From a virus (Duplodnaviria; Caudoviricetes): a stretch of 64,000 nucleotides of DNA. The notes beneath the pieces were generated by a model. The model was given only the letters and a program-made list of their open reading frames with translations, ran no database searches and was not told the origin of the DNA. Of the stretch, positions 10,092 to 20,461 are shown piece by piece (the first letter of the stretch is position 1; every line of letters begins with the position of its first letter). Position numbers and translations under genes: made by a program. The stretch lies in IMG/VR virus record IMGVR_UViG_3300028833_000144, positions 10,008-74,007 of that record, one strand, 5' to 3'.

Positions 10092-10405
10092 CCATGCTCC
10101 TCATAATACTTTGCTTTCGCCTCTTCCCAAATAGGATTATCGTGAGGTATCTCCTCCCCACGTTTCTCGAACAGCAAATCCCTCAAAAAGAATGTTACCT
10201 GTATCTGTGAACAAGATGAAAATAACTCCACCATACTAGACTTTCCATCCTCTTCAAATACCTGCTTCTTTATATGATACCTCGTAACCGTCTTATGCTT
10301 ATCCGCACTCCAAAATTGAGAAGTATTGATTACAATAATCTCCCCCTCATATATCAACGCCTGTTGAAGTTTCTTTATAGTTTTAGTCTGTCCACCTGCT
10401 CCCAT
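10088..10405 (-). CDS. Hypothetical protein upstream of terS
   Basis: AGGAG RBS before ATG at 10405; coupled to terS. Confidence 0.6.
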   Translation of the reverse strand: MGAGGQTKTIKKLQQALIYEGEIIVINTSQFWSADKHKTVTRYHIKKQVFEEDGKSSMVELFSSCSQIQVTFFLRDLLFEKRGEEIPHDNPIWEEAKAKYYEEHG

Positions 10406-10589
10406 AAAGTAAACTCCTAACTCAAATACTACCGCCAAGAAGTTAATTTCCCTGTCGTAAGTACTTAATATAATTCCTCTAGTAAATCAGAATACTGTAA
10501 TCACTCTCTATCCTACTCGCTGCCAGTCATCGGTATCTCTACCTAATCCGTTGCCACTTTCGGTGACCTCGATTCAGCCTATCCTTCTT

Positions 10590-11330
10590 TACTATACCTA
10601 AAATATATCAAACACATTTCCAAATATCAAATTCATATATATTCCTTATTTCCCTACTCTCCACTCAAATATCCCCACTCTCCCCAATCACTCCCCCTCT
10701 CTCACTTTTCAAACTCGCCCCCACTTTATATATTTTTACCCCGTATAAAATACCAACTCCCAAGATCAACTCTCCCTCCCACATCCTCCCTCCTCAAAGG
10801 GTGTGTATCTCCCGTAATTGCTGCATCTGCGCCCCACTTTACTGTTTTTGGCTACACATCAAATTTGGGGTACGGGGGCACCCCCTGGCTTCAACCTCCG
10901 GCGCTCCCGTGCCCGTGTGTCCCCCTGTTTCCCCTCACCGTGTTTCCCCCTGCCTGTCTGTCGATCCGTGACAATTTAGGGCGTGGGGGTGTCGTGTGGG
11001 TGGGTTGTGGGTTGCTTTTTTATCCTGTTTCCTGTTTTTGTTTCACGCCTGTTAAATACCCCGTAGAATCACGCTTGTTTTGTGTTGGCAGTATAATTTC
11101 CTTTTTGTATTCTTACTTGATTAAATAAGGGCGTTTTCGTGCGTTATAGATAGCATTACTTTTTGGGGTTATTTCTTAAAATATAGGGGTTGTTTCTATC
11201 TATACATAATGCACAAAATAATTACATCATTTTTGGTGTTTTTATCAAGTGTTGATATTGGGGCGTTCTTGTATCATATAGTCAAGTTAGGTTTTGACGG
11301 GGGTTGATCCCGTGGGGCGTGGTGGCTCAT
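10590..11330. other. Non-coding strand-switch region (candidate packaging site/genome end, divergent promoters)
   Basis: No credible ORF; C-rich then G/T-rich tracts; GGGGGCACCCCC palindrome near 10875-10885; genes diverge on both sides. Confidence 0.45.
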
Positions 11331-11578
11331 TCGTACCTTTACAAGTTCATATATAGATGTCACTTATATGGTAGTGATTGCGCGCTCTGAAGGGGTTGAC
11401 TTGTCCCTCCTTCGGTCTGTTGACGTGTCCAGATTTCAGAGTGTAGGCGTCCGAGAGGAAGAAGGATGATGTCTTTATTTGACTTTATACTTTAAGGGTC
11501 TTTTATGCCGTTAAGCGTGAATAATTAACGGCATTATAAAGCTTTTAAAGCTTATTTATTTTAAGGAGGTTTTACACC

Positions 11579-11800
11579 ATGAAAACTACACTGACCAATA
11601 TCAAGGCTTTTTATTGTGAGGATATTACAAGATACTCTGATTCAGATATACAGGCGTTAAAGAATGAAGAGCAATTTTTCCATCGTGTAGCATATTCTAT
11701 TGGCGTTTATGGTGTTACAGGGTGTGTATTACAGGGACACAAAACAGGTAAGTTATATAAAATTACTTCTCGCAATTCTAATTTATTTTATCTTTATTAA
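11579..11800 (+). CDS. Early hypothetical protein
   Basis: AAGGAGG RBS; AYSIGVYG..G motif of a conserved small phage family. Confidence 0.7.
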   Translation: MKTTLTNIKAFYCEDITRYSDSDIQALKNEEQFFHRVAYSIGVYGVTGCVLQGHKTGKLYKITSRNSNLFYLY

Positions 11801-12134
11801 TGGGGGTTAATTGATTATGTATTCATTCTATACAAACGATAAAAACGGGGCGGTTTTAGTTTACTTCAACGGCAAGCTTAAGGCAGTTACAAAGGACACT
11901 AACAAGGCATTAACATATATCAATATTCATAATAAAAGGGGGTGCTGATTATGACACGAGTTATCTATTGTGACCATTGTTTAGATTATTTGAAATCATG
12001 CGGTTATAAGATTTTCAAGGGTTCTGTTATTGATTCCGATGAGGTTATAGATAATTGTTTGAAGTGTGAATTTTGCATGAATGAAGATTATGAGGATATT
12101 GAGTTAATTGAATGTTATGAGGAGGTTTAATATT

Positions 12135-12557
12135 ATGCTAAAGACAAATTCAAAGAAGGCTATCGAGAACATAAAGGCATATATCGTGAAGGGTTTTGAC
12201 GGTACAAATTACGAGCCTAGATTCAATTATATTGATGAGGCTATCGAGGACAATAAACACGGTGCAAACATTGACATTTTTTCACTTGTGGCAAATGCTA
12301 TTTATAGTACTTTCGTAGATGAGTATATTCATGAGTACAACCGCAAAAGAAACAAGCAAGAAGTATTTATTGAATGGTGTACGTGTTTACCCTCGATTCT
12401 TGACACTTGTTACTACTATAACCGTTCAGCCGTTACGGATCTCGGAGACATTCTCGAACAAACAGAAGAAGAGCGTAACCGATATACAGAAGAACAGGCA
12501 GAAGAAACACTGTCAAGGCTTATTTATCGAGAGATTATTAAGGCAACTAAACATTAA
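12135..12557 (+). CDS. Early conserved hypothetical protein
   Basis: GGAGG RBS; MLKTNSKKA...FIEWCTCLPS pattern. Confidence 0.7.
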   Translation: MLKTNSKKAIENIKAYIVKGFDGTNYEPRFNYIDEAIEDNKHGANIDIFSLVANAIYSTFVDEYIHEYNRKRNKQEVFIEWCTCLPSILDTCYYYNRSAVTDLGDILEQTEEERNRYTEEQAEETLSRLIYREIIKATKH

Positions 12558-13172
12558 TAATTCCAGGTTTTAGCGGTATCCCTCAACACCGCTGCCATAG
12601 GCTTATAGCCTTAATTTACACCACATTATTAAGGAGGATTTTACCATGAAACAGTATATTTATGAATTGCCAAAAAAAAGACAGAATAAAATCCGTAAAC
12701 AAGTTATTGAATGTTTGCATGGTATTGTTTCATCGGATCGTTTGGAAAGTGAAGTCAATATCATTATGACCGGAACTATTAACGATTTACGTTATTTGGA
12801 GGTGGAATTATGATAAAAGAAATTTGCCGGATTTTCTACGAACTGTATTTTGATTATTGCATGAAGTATAACGAAAGATTTTTGGAGGACTGATAATATG
12901 AATTTATTTAATTCGGAAAAATGGATTGAGCATAACGGATATTCTTTTGAGGTTACAAGCAATTCTATGGGCGTTTGTTTAACTTCTTACTTGCCTTATC
13001 ATTGGAAAGTTTATAACGGATATTCATGGTTTGAAATGTTGGAAATGTTTACCCAGGAATTAAAGGAAATTGAGGAGGCTGCATAAATTCTATTATGGAA
13101 ATTTATGTTGAAAATCAAGGAAACATTTATTAGAATGTTTATACACCACAAAACAAAACAGGAGGTTTTTAC

Positions 13173-13799
13173 ATGAACACTACAAAGCTTTATCAGATCA
13201 TCACGGAAAACAAGGACGGAATCGAAGCAGGCGTATATGATGTACTGCTTGGAATCGTTAAGGAAGAACTTGCAAAAGAATGTGAAAAGGCAGCAGGCAG
13301 GAAGGCTAATGTCCGGAAGGCAGCGGAAAGAATGTTGTCTAAAGATATTACAAGGGAATATCTTACTAAAACGCAGGTTAGAACTATTAACGGTGTAAAG
13401 TATTACGCACAAATTGACGGCTTTAGAATGTCCTGGTCACCTATTGATTTTGGTTTTGGAACTTGCGAGGAAAATGAATCTATAAACTTTGAACGGATCA
13501 TCGAATACAGATATAAGGAACCTGGAATCGTTAAGGTAAACAAGGCAGATTTGATGAATCATATTAAGACAATGAAGTATAGCGATTATGCCTGTCATGG
13601 AATTGTCCCTTATACAATTAAGTTTGGAAACGGGTGTGAAATTGACCTTAACCCAAAGTATTTAAAGGATGCACTCGATTTTACGGAAACAGATGAACTT
13701 ACCGTTGACTTTGGTGTAAAGGGTGCAGGTGCTTATCCCGTAATGCTCCATAACGAAAAGGAAGATCGTCATGCTCTTGTACTTCCTATAAGAAGATAA
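13173..13799 (+). CDS. Sliding-clamp (Pol III beta) C-terminal-like protein
   Basis: C-terminal IDLNPKYLKDAL...PVML...ALVLPIR resembles the last beta-clamp domain. Confidence 0.55.
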   Translation: MNTTKLYQIITENKDGIEAGVYDVLLGIVKEELAKECEKAAGRKANVRKAAERMLSKDITREYLTKTQVRTINGVKYYAQIDGFRMSWSPIDFGFGTCEENESINFERIIEYRYKEPGIVKVNKADLMNHIKTMKYSDYACHGIVPYTIKFGNGCEIDLNPKYLKDALDFTETDELTVDFGVKGAGAYPVMLHNEKEDRHALVLPIRR

Positions 13800-13911
13800 G
13801 AATAAATCAGGTGTGCGATAGGCAAAGGCTAAAGGGTATATATTACCCCTAAGATGGAAACGGCAGACCGGTATTTGAACTACCTTTGAGCCCCCATCAA
13901 TGCAGCATTAA

Positions 13912-15670
13912 ATGGAGTTTGACGAACAGCCTGATATTTATAAAAAGGAAGTTGCAGCTATGGAAGATCAGATTTATAAATCATTGTTGGAATCTATCAA
14001 TACAATCTTAACTGCTTACGGAATCACGGAAGATACACCCGTTAATTCTCTTACCAAAAATACAGTTAAGAATCTTACGAGATCAATCGCCGGAGTTTTG
14101 GAAACGGCAATCAAATATTCTAAGGAGGTATGAAACATGAACTATACTATCAGTACCGACAACAGAATCATTCATCTTGATAGTTTTAATGGAACTGACT
14201 ACCATGCGATAGTTTCAGAAATAGAAATTGACGATGATGGGAATGTGAAAGTGCTTAATGAGTTTGGAACATTCTACACTACATCTGAAATTGGAAATCT
14301 TATCGGTAAAACTGCTGAATATAAATTAAGAATGAGTACATACGAATAGGAGGATTGATTATGACCGTTAAGGACTTAAAGAAGATACTAAAATTCTATG
14401 ACGAGGAAGCGGAAGTTAAGATCATTGTTAATACGGATGACGTTCACTATGGTTACGGATTTTACCATGATAACAACGAGATCACTACGGAAACGGAAGA
14501 AGAATACGGATATAACGATGATAGAGAAACACTTTATCTTCGAGCAGATATTTAAGGAGGTACGGTATGTATACAGTAATAATGAATGACGGAGACTATC
14601 GCTACATTAATGCTCGAAATAATAAAGAAGCATTACTCACATTTCATCTAATGTTTTCGGAAGAAGAGATAAAGGAAAAGGAAATAGAATTACTTGATAT
14701 ATATGGAAATATAGTTAAGGAGGTAACAACATGAATTACTACTACACAATAGTTATCAGGGATAAAGAAAAGAATCTTAACTCCGCAGCGGTATTGAAAG
14801 TAAATGAAGCATACAATCTTCTTGGTAAGTTAAAAGGTATTAAGAATCTTTACGCAGTACACCCTACGGAAACAAGAAAAAAGGCTTTTGAGTTAGCTAA
14901 CTTTTGGAATGAATGTTACTTGAATAACGGTACTTATCCTTTTGATAGAGTATATCCTGCTTATGAATGGAGGTAATATCAATGACTACCAAAGAATTAG
15001 CGGAAAAGATTTATGAAACATTATTCGATTCGTTTGATGATGAAAATTCAGTAGAAGAAATTGAAAGAACTATTAAGGAAACACCGGAAGTAGTTATTGA
15101 CTATATTCTTGAACAGTATAAGGAGGCTATTTTATGAATAAAGTTTATTATGTAACGTGCGATAGACAGGGCGGAACATTCGGAATGGGTAGGTTGTTTA
15201 CTGCTACAGAATGGCTTGAACAGGCAATTAACTGGGCTGATGATGATAATTGGTGGACTACAGATGAAGATGAAGAAGAAAAGTATAGAAAAGAGTTTAT
15301 AAGTAATTCAGAACAGTTAATCAAAGAAGGAAAAGAACAGGATTTTATTGATTATATCGCTGATGTTTGGGAACTTGACTTTGAAGAGGGTGATATTGAA
15401 AAGGGAATACCAGAAGAGTTTAATCCCTGGGATGATAACTATTAAGGAGGTAAATGAACTATGCTGCCGGAAACATATTGGAAGAAAAACGGAATTATCT
15501 ACGGGGTAAGAAGCAGATACATAAAGCCTGGTGTTTGGCAGCATGAGTTTATTACCTTTAGGAATCTTAAAAAGGCAATGGAATGGAAAAAGAAAAAGGA
15601 ATACGGATATACAAGAGAACTGTTAAGCAAGGATAGAGCAAAGGCTTTAGGAATGAAATTTGAGAAATAA
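13912..15670 (+). CDS. Run of small acidic early hypothetical genes (13912-14133, 14137-14349, 14355-14555, 14731-14976, 15134-15445, 15461-15670 and shorter ones)
   Basis: Closely packed co-oriented ORFs, most with (A)AGGAGG RBS. Confidence 0.7.
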
Positions 15671-15699
15671 TTGATTTTAAATCAAACGTGTATTATAAT
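15671..15699 (+). promoter_or_regulatory. sigmaA-type early promoter
   Basis: TTGATT-17-TATAAT. Confidence 0.75.
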
Positions 15700-15737
15700 A
15701 TTTACAACACCACAATAACAGGAGGTTTTACAACATT

Positions 15738-16367
15738 ATGCCTATTACAAAGACAGAAAAAGAGAAGTTAAGAACAGAGTATTCAAAGGTATGGAAAGAT
15801 CAGAAGATGGTTGACTATTGTGTAAACAAGGTTGCAGAGTATGCAGTATTATCAAACGGAAATATCGTAACTGTTGATAAGCAGACTATTGAAAAGGATT
15901 TCTGTTTTGGAGAATCCGGTTACGATTACGATGATGCTCAAGCTATGGCAGCACACGCAAGGAAGAGTGAAAAGTATTTCAAGGATAAGAACATGGAATA
16001 CTTCAAAGAATGGATTAATGATCTTACAAATTGTGTGAACGTGACTAACAACGGAAGATATGTTTTAGTTATAGCTCCAAAAGCTTATTATTCACAAACA
16101 GAAGATTGCAAATTAGCAAGTATAACTTGGTGTAAACTGACTGACGTTATAGATTCTATGGGCGGCTCGTGCTACGTTGAAGATTTACCTGGAACGGAAG
16201 TTACTGTTTGTGGAACTCTTTACAGAATCGCAACGAAAGAAGAAGTATATCAGATTTATGAGATGTACCGAAGAGCAGAAAAGAATCACGAAAAGAAAGT
16301 TGACAGTTATTTGAAGAGATACGGCACATCGAAAGTTAATTCATGGACGTATTGGAGAGATGCTTGA
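15738..16367 (+). CDS. Early conserved hypothetical protein
   Basis: 209 aa; RBS and promoter upstream. Confidence 0.7.
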   Translation: MPITKTEKEKLRTEYSKVWKDQKMVDYCVNKVAEYAVLSNGNIVTVDKQTIEKDFCFGESGYDYDDAQAMAAHARKSEKYFKDKNMEYFKEWINDLTNCVNVTNNGRYVLVIAPKAYYSQTEDCKLASITWCKLTDVIDSMGGSCYVEDLPGTEVTVCGTLYRIATKEEVYQIYEMYRRAEKNHEKKVDSYLKRYGTSKVNSWTYWRDA

Positions 16368-16383
16368 AAGGAGGTTTTACAAC

Positions 16384-17091
16384 ATGGCATATACAGGAAT
16401 GGTTTACGATTTCTATGAGGACTTAATTACAAGACACCAACACATTATGATAGCCGGAATGACGGGAAGTGGTAAGTCTGTAATTATGAACGGAATGATT
16501 TACTCAATTCTCTTTCGTGATCCAGGCATGAACAGAATGGTGCTTCTTGATCCTAAACGAGTAGAGTTATCAATGTACAAGGATATGCCCCACGTTGACG
16601 CTTTCGCTTCGGAAATATACGAGATAGAAAAGATGTTGACCGCTTGCCTTTACGTTATTGAAGCACGATTTAAGGAAATGGAAACAAGAAGAGAAAAGTT
16701 ATACACGGGACCTAAACTATATATTTTCGTAGATGAAATGGCAGATTTGGTTTTGTGTAATACCGGAATAAAGAAATTAATTCAGAGAATCGCACAAATA
16801 GGAAGAGCAGCGAATGTTCAGTTGATATGTGCAACACAATGTCCGAAGTCTAATGTAATTCCTACGGAGATCAAAGTAAACTTTGGTGTGATTATCGGAT
16901 TACATACAAGAAACAGGCAGGATAGCAGGAACATCTTGGATAGATCGGGTTGCGAATTGTTACCTAACTACGGAAGATGTTTAATGCAGATAGCGGATAA
17001 GGTGGAACTTCTTAACCTCGATGTGCCTATGATACCGGAAGTTAAGATAGAAGAAGCCATGCAGCAGAGATTATTAATGGAGGTAAGTTGA
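16384..17091 (+). CDS. FtsK/SpoIIIE-type ATPase (single domain)
   Basis: HIMIAGMTGSGKS, LLDPKRVEL, IFVDEMADL, QIGRAANVQLICATQCP. Confidence 0.85.
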   Translation: MAYTGMVYDFYEDLITRHQHIMIAGMTGSGKSVIMNGMIYSILFRDPGMNRMVLLDPKRVELSMYKDMPHVDAFASEIYEIEKMLTACLYVIEARFKEMETRREKLYTGPKLYIFVDEMADLVLCNTGIKKLIQRIAQIGRAANVQLICATQCPKSNVIPTEIKVNFGVIIGLHTRNRQDSRNILDRSGCELLPNYGRCLMQIADKVELLNLDVPMIPEVKIEEAMQQRLLMEVS

Positions 17092-17092
17092 T

Positions 17093-18973
17093 ATGACAGT
17101 ATATACAGTAAGAAAAATAGAATTGAAGCCAGGAATGACATTTACAGATCGTATAGTTGCTTATGAAGAAGCGGAGAAGATATATTGCAAGGGTATGAAA
17201 GAAGTAGAGAAGTTTGTTGGTGGTAAGTTGCATAGAGGGCGTTGTGGATATTCTGGAATCGTAGGCAATACGGAATATATCGCAGAAAAGTCATACACAA
17301 TTAAGGAGGTATAACATGAACATTAACGAAATTGCAGATAGATTAAATAAGGAGCATTACAGGCTTGGAACTTCACTTCTTGCTATTGTAGATATGTGTG
17401 AGAACGGGAGAAATAGTGATTATCTTGACGGGTACACTCATGCTTTGTATATGGCAGATGTAATTACAGATGAAGAGAAGTATATCATTAGAGAATATTG
17501 TAAGAGAAGAGTATATGTAGTTGCTAATTCTCATACCGGAATACCTTACAGAAACCAGGAATACATGACGGAATCAGAATGTGAAGAATGGATCAGGCGT
17601 GACATGGAAGAGAATGAACAGTTAGGTCTTAACCCTAGCAGAGAAGATTATGAGATACAGGATCATAGTGAGTTTATTAAGGAGGCATGATTATGGGTTA
17701 TACAAGATATTGGAAGAGAACAGATAAGGCTATTACAGAAGATTTTGTTAAGAAGGTTTATGAGGTTATTGGTAATTCTATCTCAAGAGGTATTGTTATT
17801 TGCGGTTGGGACGGAACAGGAACACCGGAAGTATCAACAGAAGCTATCTCATTCAACGGAAATGGTAATAGAGGATTAGACCATGAAACACTTTTTATTG
17901 GCAAGGAAACAGGATTCAATTTCTGCAAGACTGCTTGTAAACCTTATGACTATACAGTAAGAGAAGTATTAAGAGCAGCAGAAAAGGAAGGATTGATTTA
18001 TGATCTGTCAGATGACGGAGAAAATGAAGAGATTATTTCCGATGATGATTATATCAAGAGGTATGGAGCATGAAAGAAATTAGAAACATTACAACAGTTA
18101 CTTATGAACTTAATAATGGATTCAGATGTGATGTAGTAATTACAACAGATATGATAGAAGCCTGGATTTACCATGAAGATTATGGAATTAAGTCTCACAT
18201 CTTCGGAATGGATAATAAGAATACATCTCTTGATGAAGTTATTTCTATCATTAATGAATGTTCAGAAGAATACATGGATAGTTACCGTAATGAGTTTATG
18301 GATTACTGTTATCTATGAAAGATGTGTTGGAGGATTAACATGACTAACTTTGAATGGATAGTATTAGCACTTGGATTATTATTCTTAAATATCAGTTGGT
18401 TTGCTTTGTATTATAAGATCAATATGGAGGTTCACGATGACTAAAGAAGAGATTATTAAGGAATTATGGAATTGTCGTGACGAATTATGTTTGAGGTGTG
18501 GGAAATACCAAGACGCATGGAAAGGAGCTTGTAACGACTGCCGGTATAACTTCGAGAATATGGAGAAGTGGAAGGAGGCAGACGATGTATAAGGTAGAAT
18601 ATGAAATCAGTTTTAGCGCAATATCGGCACACGGAAAAGAAGAAACTATCCGTTCAGAAAAGTTGTTTGATAACTTTGTCCAAGCATTAGCTTTTGCACA
18701 TGATGTAAACGGAGAAGTAGTTGTAGAGGAAAATAGATGATAGTAGTAGCAGTAATATTTTTCCTTATTGGAATGGCAACCGGAATTATCGTGTATTGTT
18801 ATACATCTGTTATCAGATATGAAAAGGATATTGAAGTTATCTTGGAACGGATCAATAAAGAACATCAAGAAGAACTTAATAGGAAAGAAGAAGAGAATAA
18901 AAGGCTTCACGATAGCCTTATGGAAGCACAGGTAAAGCTGGCAGAAAAGAAGGTGAGGAAGAATGCAAATTAA
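17093..18973 (+). CDS. Run of small early hypothetical genes (17093-17314, 17316-17690, 17687-18073, 18070-18318, 18585-18740, 18737-18973)
   Basis: Translationally coupled ORFs; 17687-18073 has an MGYT.YW...FCKT..KPYD family motif; 18737-18973 has an N-terminal TM helix and coiled coil. Confidence 0.7.
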
Positions 18974-19241
18974 CTTTGATGCTGTTGAGAAAGATGTTAA
19001 AGGTAGGCTTATTCATAATGAGTGTTCTAAAGAATATTCAGATGGTGCTATGGATGCTTTGAGTATTGTTAAACTTCATGGCTATGATAGACCGACAGGA
19101 CACTGGGTACCAAAAAAATGCAATTTCTATTGGTATAGACAGTTTGCTTGCTCCGAGTGCGAGCATGAAATAATCTGCCGTAAAAAAACACCGAACTTTT
19201 GCGAGAATTGCGGAGCTGATATGAGAGGAGAACGAAAATGA
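18963..19241 (+). CDS. Zn-ribbon protein (RPTGxW...CxxC...FCxxCGADMR)
   Basis: Two Cys pairs; paralogous tail to 19537-19809. Confidence 0.7.
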   Translation: MQINFDAVEKDVKGRLIHNECSKEYSDGAMDALSIVKLHGYDRPTGHWVPKKCNFYWYRQFACSECEHEIICRKKTPNFCENCGADMRGERK

Positions 19242-19390
19242 GAAAGTATAAGTGCTATTACTGCGGAGCTATCATAGACCATTTCCTGTATCTGTACGAC
19301 AGTTCCCCGAGAGGCGATGATGAATCTGTCTGCCCTGTATGCAGGCATGATGATGGATTTGAGGAAGTAAAGGAGGAAGAAGATGCCTGA
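19238..19390 (+). CDS. 50 aa Zn-finger protein MRKYKCYYCG (not in ORF track)
   Basis: Translated by hand; near-identical to the N-terminus of 19806-20156. Confidence 0.65.
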   Translation: MRKYKCYYCGAIIDHFLYLYDSSPRGDDESVCPVCRHDDGFEEVKEEEDA

Positions 19391-19553
19391 TATTAATTTT
19401 CGCAACAAAATGATCGTGAACGATAGCGGAATATGTCAGAGATTGTACATTGATAATAAGATTTTTGGAGATAAGATCGTGATCACGAAAGAAGCGTTCA
19501 TCGAAGCATATTATCGCTACATCAAGGAGGCTGAGAATGAAGATAGTAATTGA
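19383..19553 (+). CDS. 56 aa hypothetical protein (VITKEAFIEAY motif; not in ORF track)
   Basis: AAGGAGG RBS; coupled on both sides. Confidence 0.55.
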   Translation: MPDINFRNKMIVNDSGICQRLYIDNKIFGDKIVITKEAFIEAYYRYIKEAENEDSN

Positions 19554-19809
19554 TATTCCTGAAATGGCTTACGAGGCTTATAAGGAATGGCATAAAAACA
19601 AGGTTGCAACGGTTGAGCAGAGCCTTATAGCGCAAGGCGCACCTTATGAAGCAAGACCAACAGGCGAGTGGATAGTAGGTGAATATATGGATTGTCATTC
19701 AGATATATTGCCTGAATATACTTGTCCCTTTTGCGGTGAAGTAGAGTATAGAAAATATGATTTTTGCCATTGTGGAGCTGATATGCGAGTTAAAGGAGGC
19801 AGAGAATGA
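19537..19809 (+). CDS. Zn-ribbon protein with MKIVIDIPE N-terminus
   Basis: RPTGEW...CPFCG...FCHCGADMR. Confidence 0.7.
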   Translation: MKIVIDIPEMAYEAYKEWHKNKVATVEQSLIAQGAPYEARPTGEWIVGEYMDCHSDILPEYTCPFCGEVEYRKYDFCHCGADMRVKGGRE

Positions 19810-20156
19810 GAAAGTATAAGTGTTTTTATTGTGGAAAGATTATTGACCATTTTGAGTACAGATATGATTCTGCTCCTAATGGAGATGATATATCTGTTTG
19901 TCCCGAATGTGGACATGATGACGGATTCGAGGAAGTAGAATCATTAGACAAGGAATCATGTGAGAAACTGATGTTGGAAAAGATAAAGGAACTACTCGAT
20001 ATTTTCCATAAGTACGATCCTGCCGGAAATTATCTTACGTTCTCATATATTAATGAGAATGATGATAACTACATTAACTGTTATTCAATAGAAGAGTATG
20101 GAAGTATGCCCCCTGTTGACGTTCTTTCGTATAAAGGAAAGGAAGATAAAGCATGA
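19806..20156 (+). CDS. Zn-finger protein MRKYKCFYCG with C-terminal extension
   Basis: CxxC...CPECG. Confidence 0.7.
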   Translation: MRKYKCFYCGKIIDHFEYRYDSAPNGDDISVCPECGHDDGFEEVESLDKESCEKLMLEKIKELLDIFHKYDPAGNYLTFSYINENDDNYINCYSIEEYGSMPPVDVLSYKGKEDKA

Positions 20157-20425
20157 TTTATGATAAGTCTATCTTTCCTGCAAGGCTTAAAGCTGCTATG
20201 GAAAGCCGTAGAGTAAACGGGAAAGAGTTAAGTGAGAAAACAGGCGTAACGCAGTCTAGTATTTCACGTTATCTATCTGGAGAAAACATACCGAGGATCG
20301 ACAATGTATTTGTTCTTTCAGATGTTCTCGATGTAGAGCCTAAATGGTTGCTTGGATTAGATGATACAGAAAAGGAAGTTACTAACTATATTTTCTGCCC
20401 GTGGTGCGGAAGAAGATTAAGATAA
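20153..20425 (+). CDS. XRE-family HTH regulator with Cys tail
   Basis: GKELSEKTGVTQSSISRYLSGENIP..LSDVLDVEPKWLLG. Confidence 0.85.
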   Translation: MIYDKSIFPARLKAAMESRRVNGKELSEKTGVTQSSISRYLSGENIPRIDNVFVLSDVLDVEPKWLLGLDDTEKEVTNYIFCPWCGRRLR

Positions 20426-20458
20426 AAGAAACCCCTCATTTACGAGGGGTTTTTATTT
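20424..20458. terminator. Bidirectional intrinsic terminator between convergent blocks
   Basis: AAACCCCTC-ATTTAC-GAGGGGTTT flanked by A and T runs. Confidence 0.85.
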
Positions 20459-20461
20459 TGT

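Noticed and set aside
10865-11128. 87-aa ORF in the switch region
   Set aside because: No ATG or RBS; Pro/Gly/Val composition explained by the C- and G-rich tracts.
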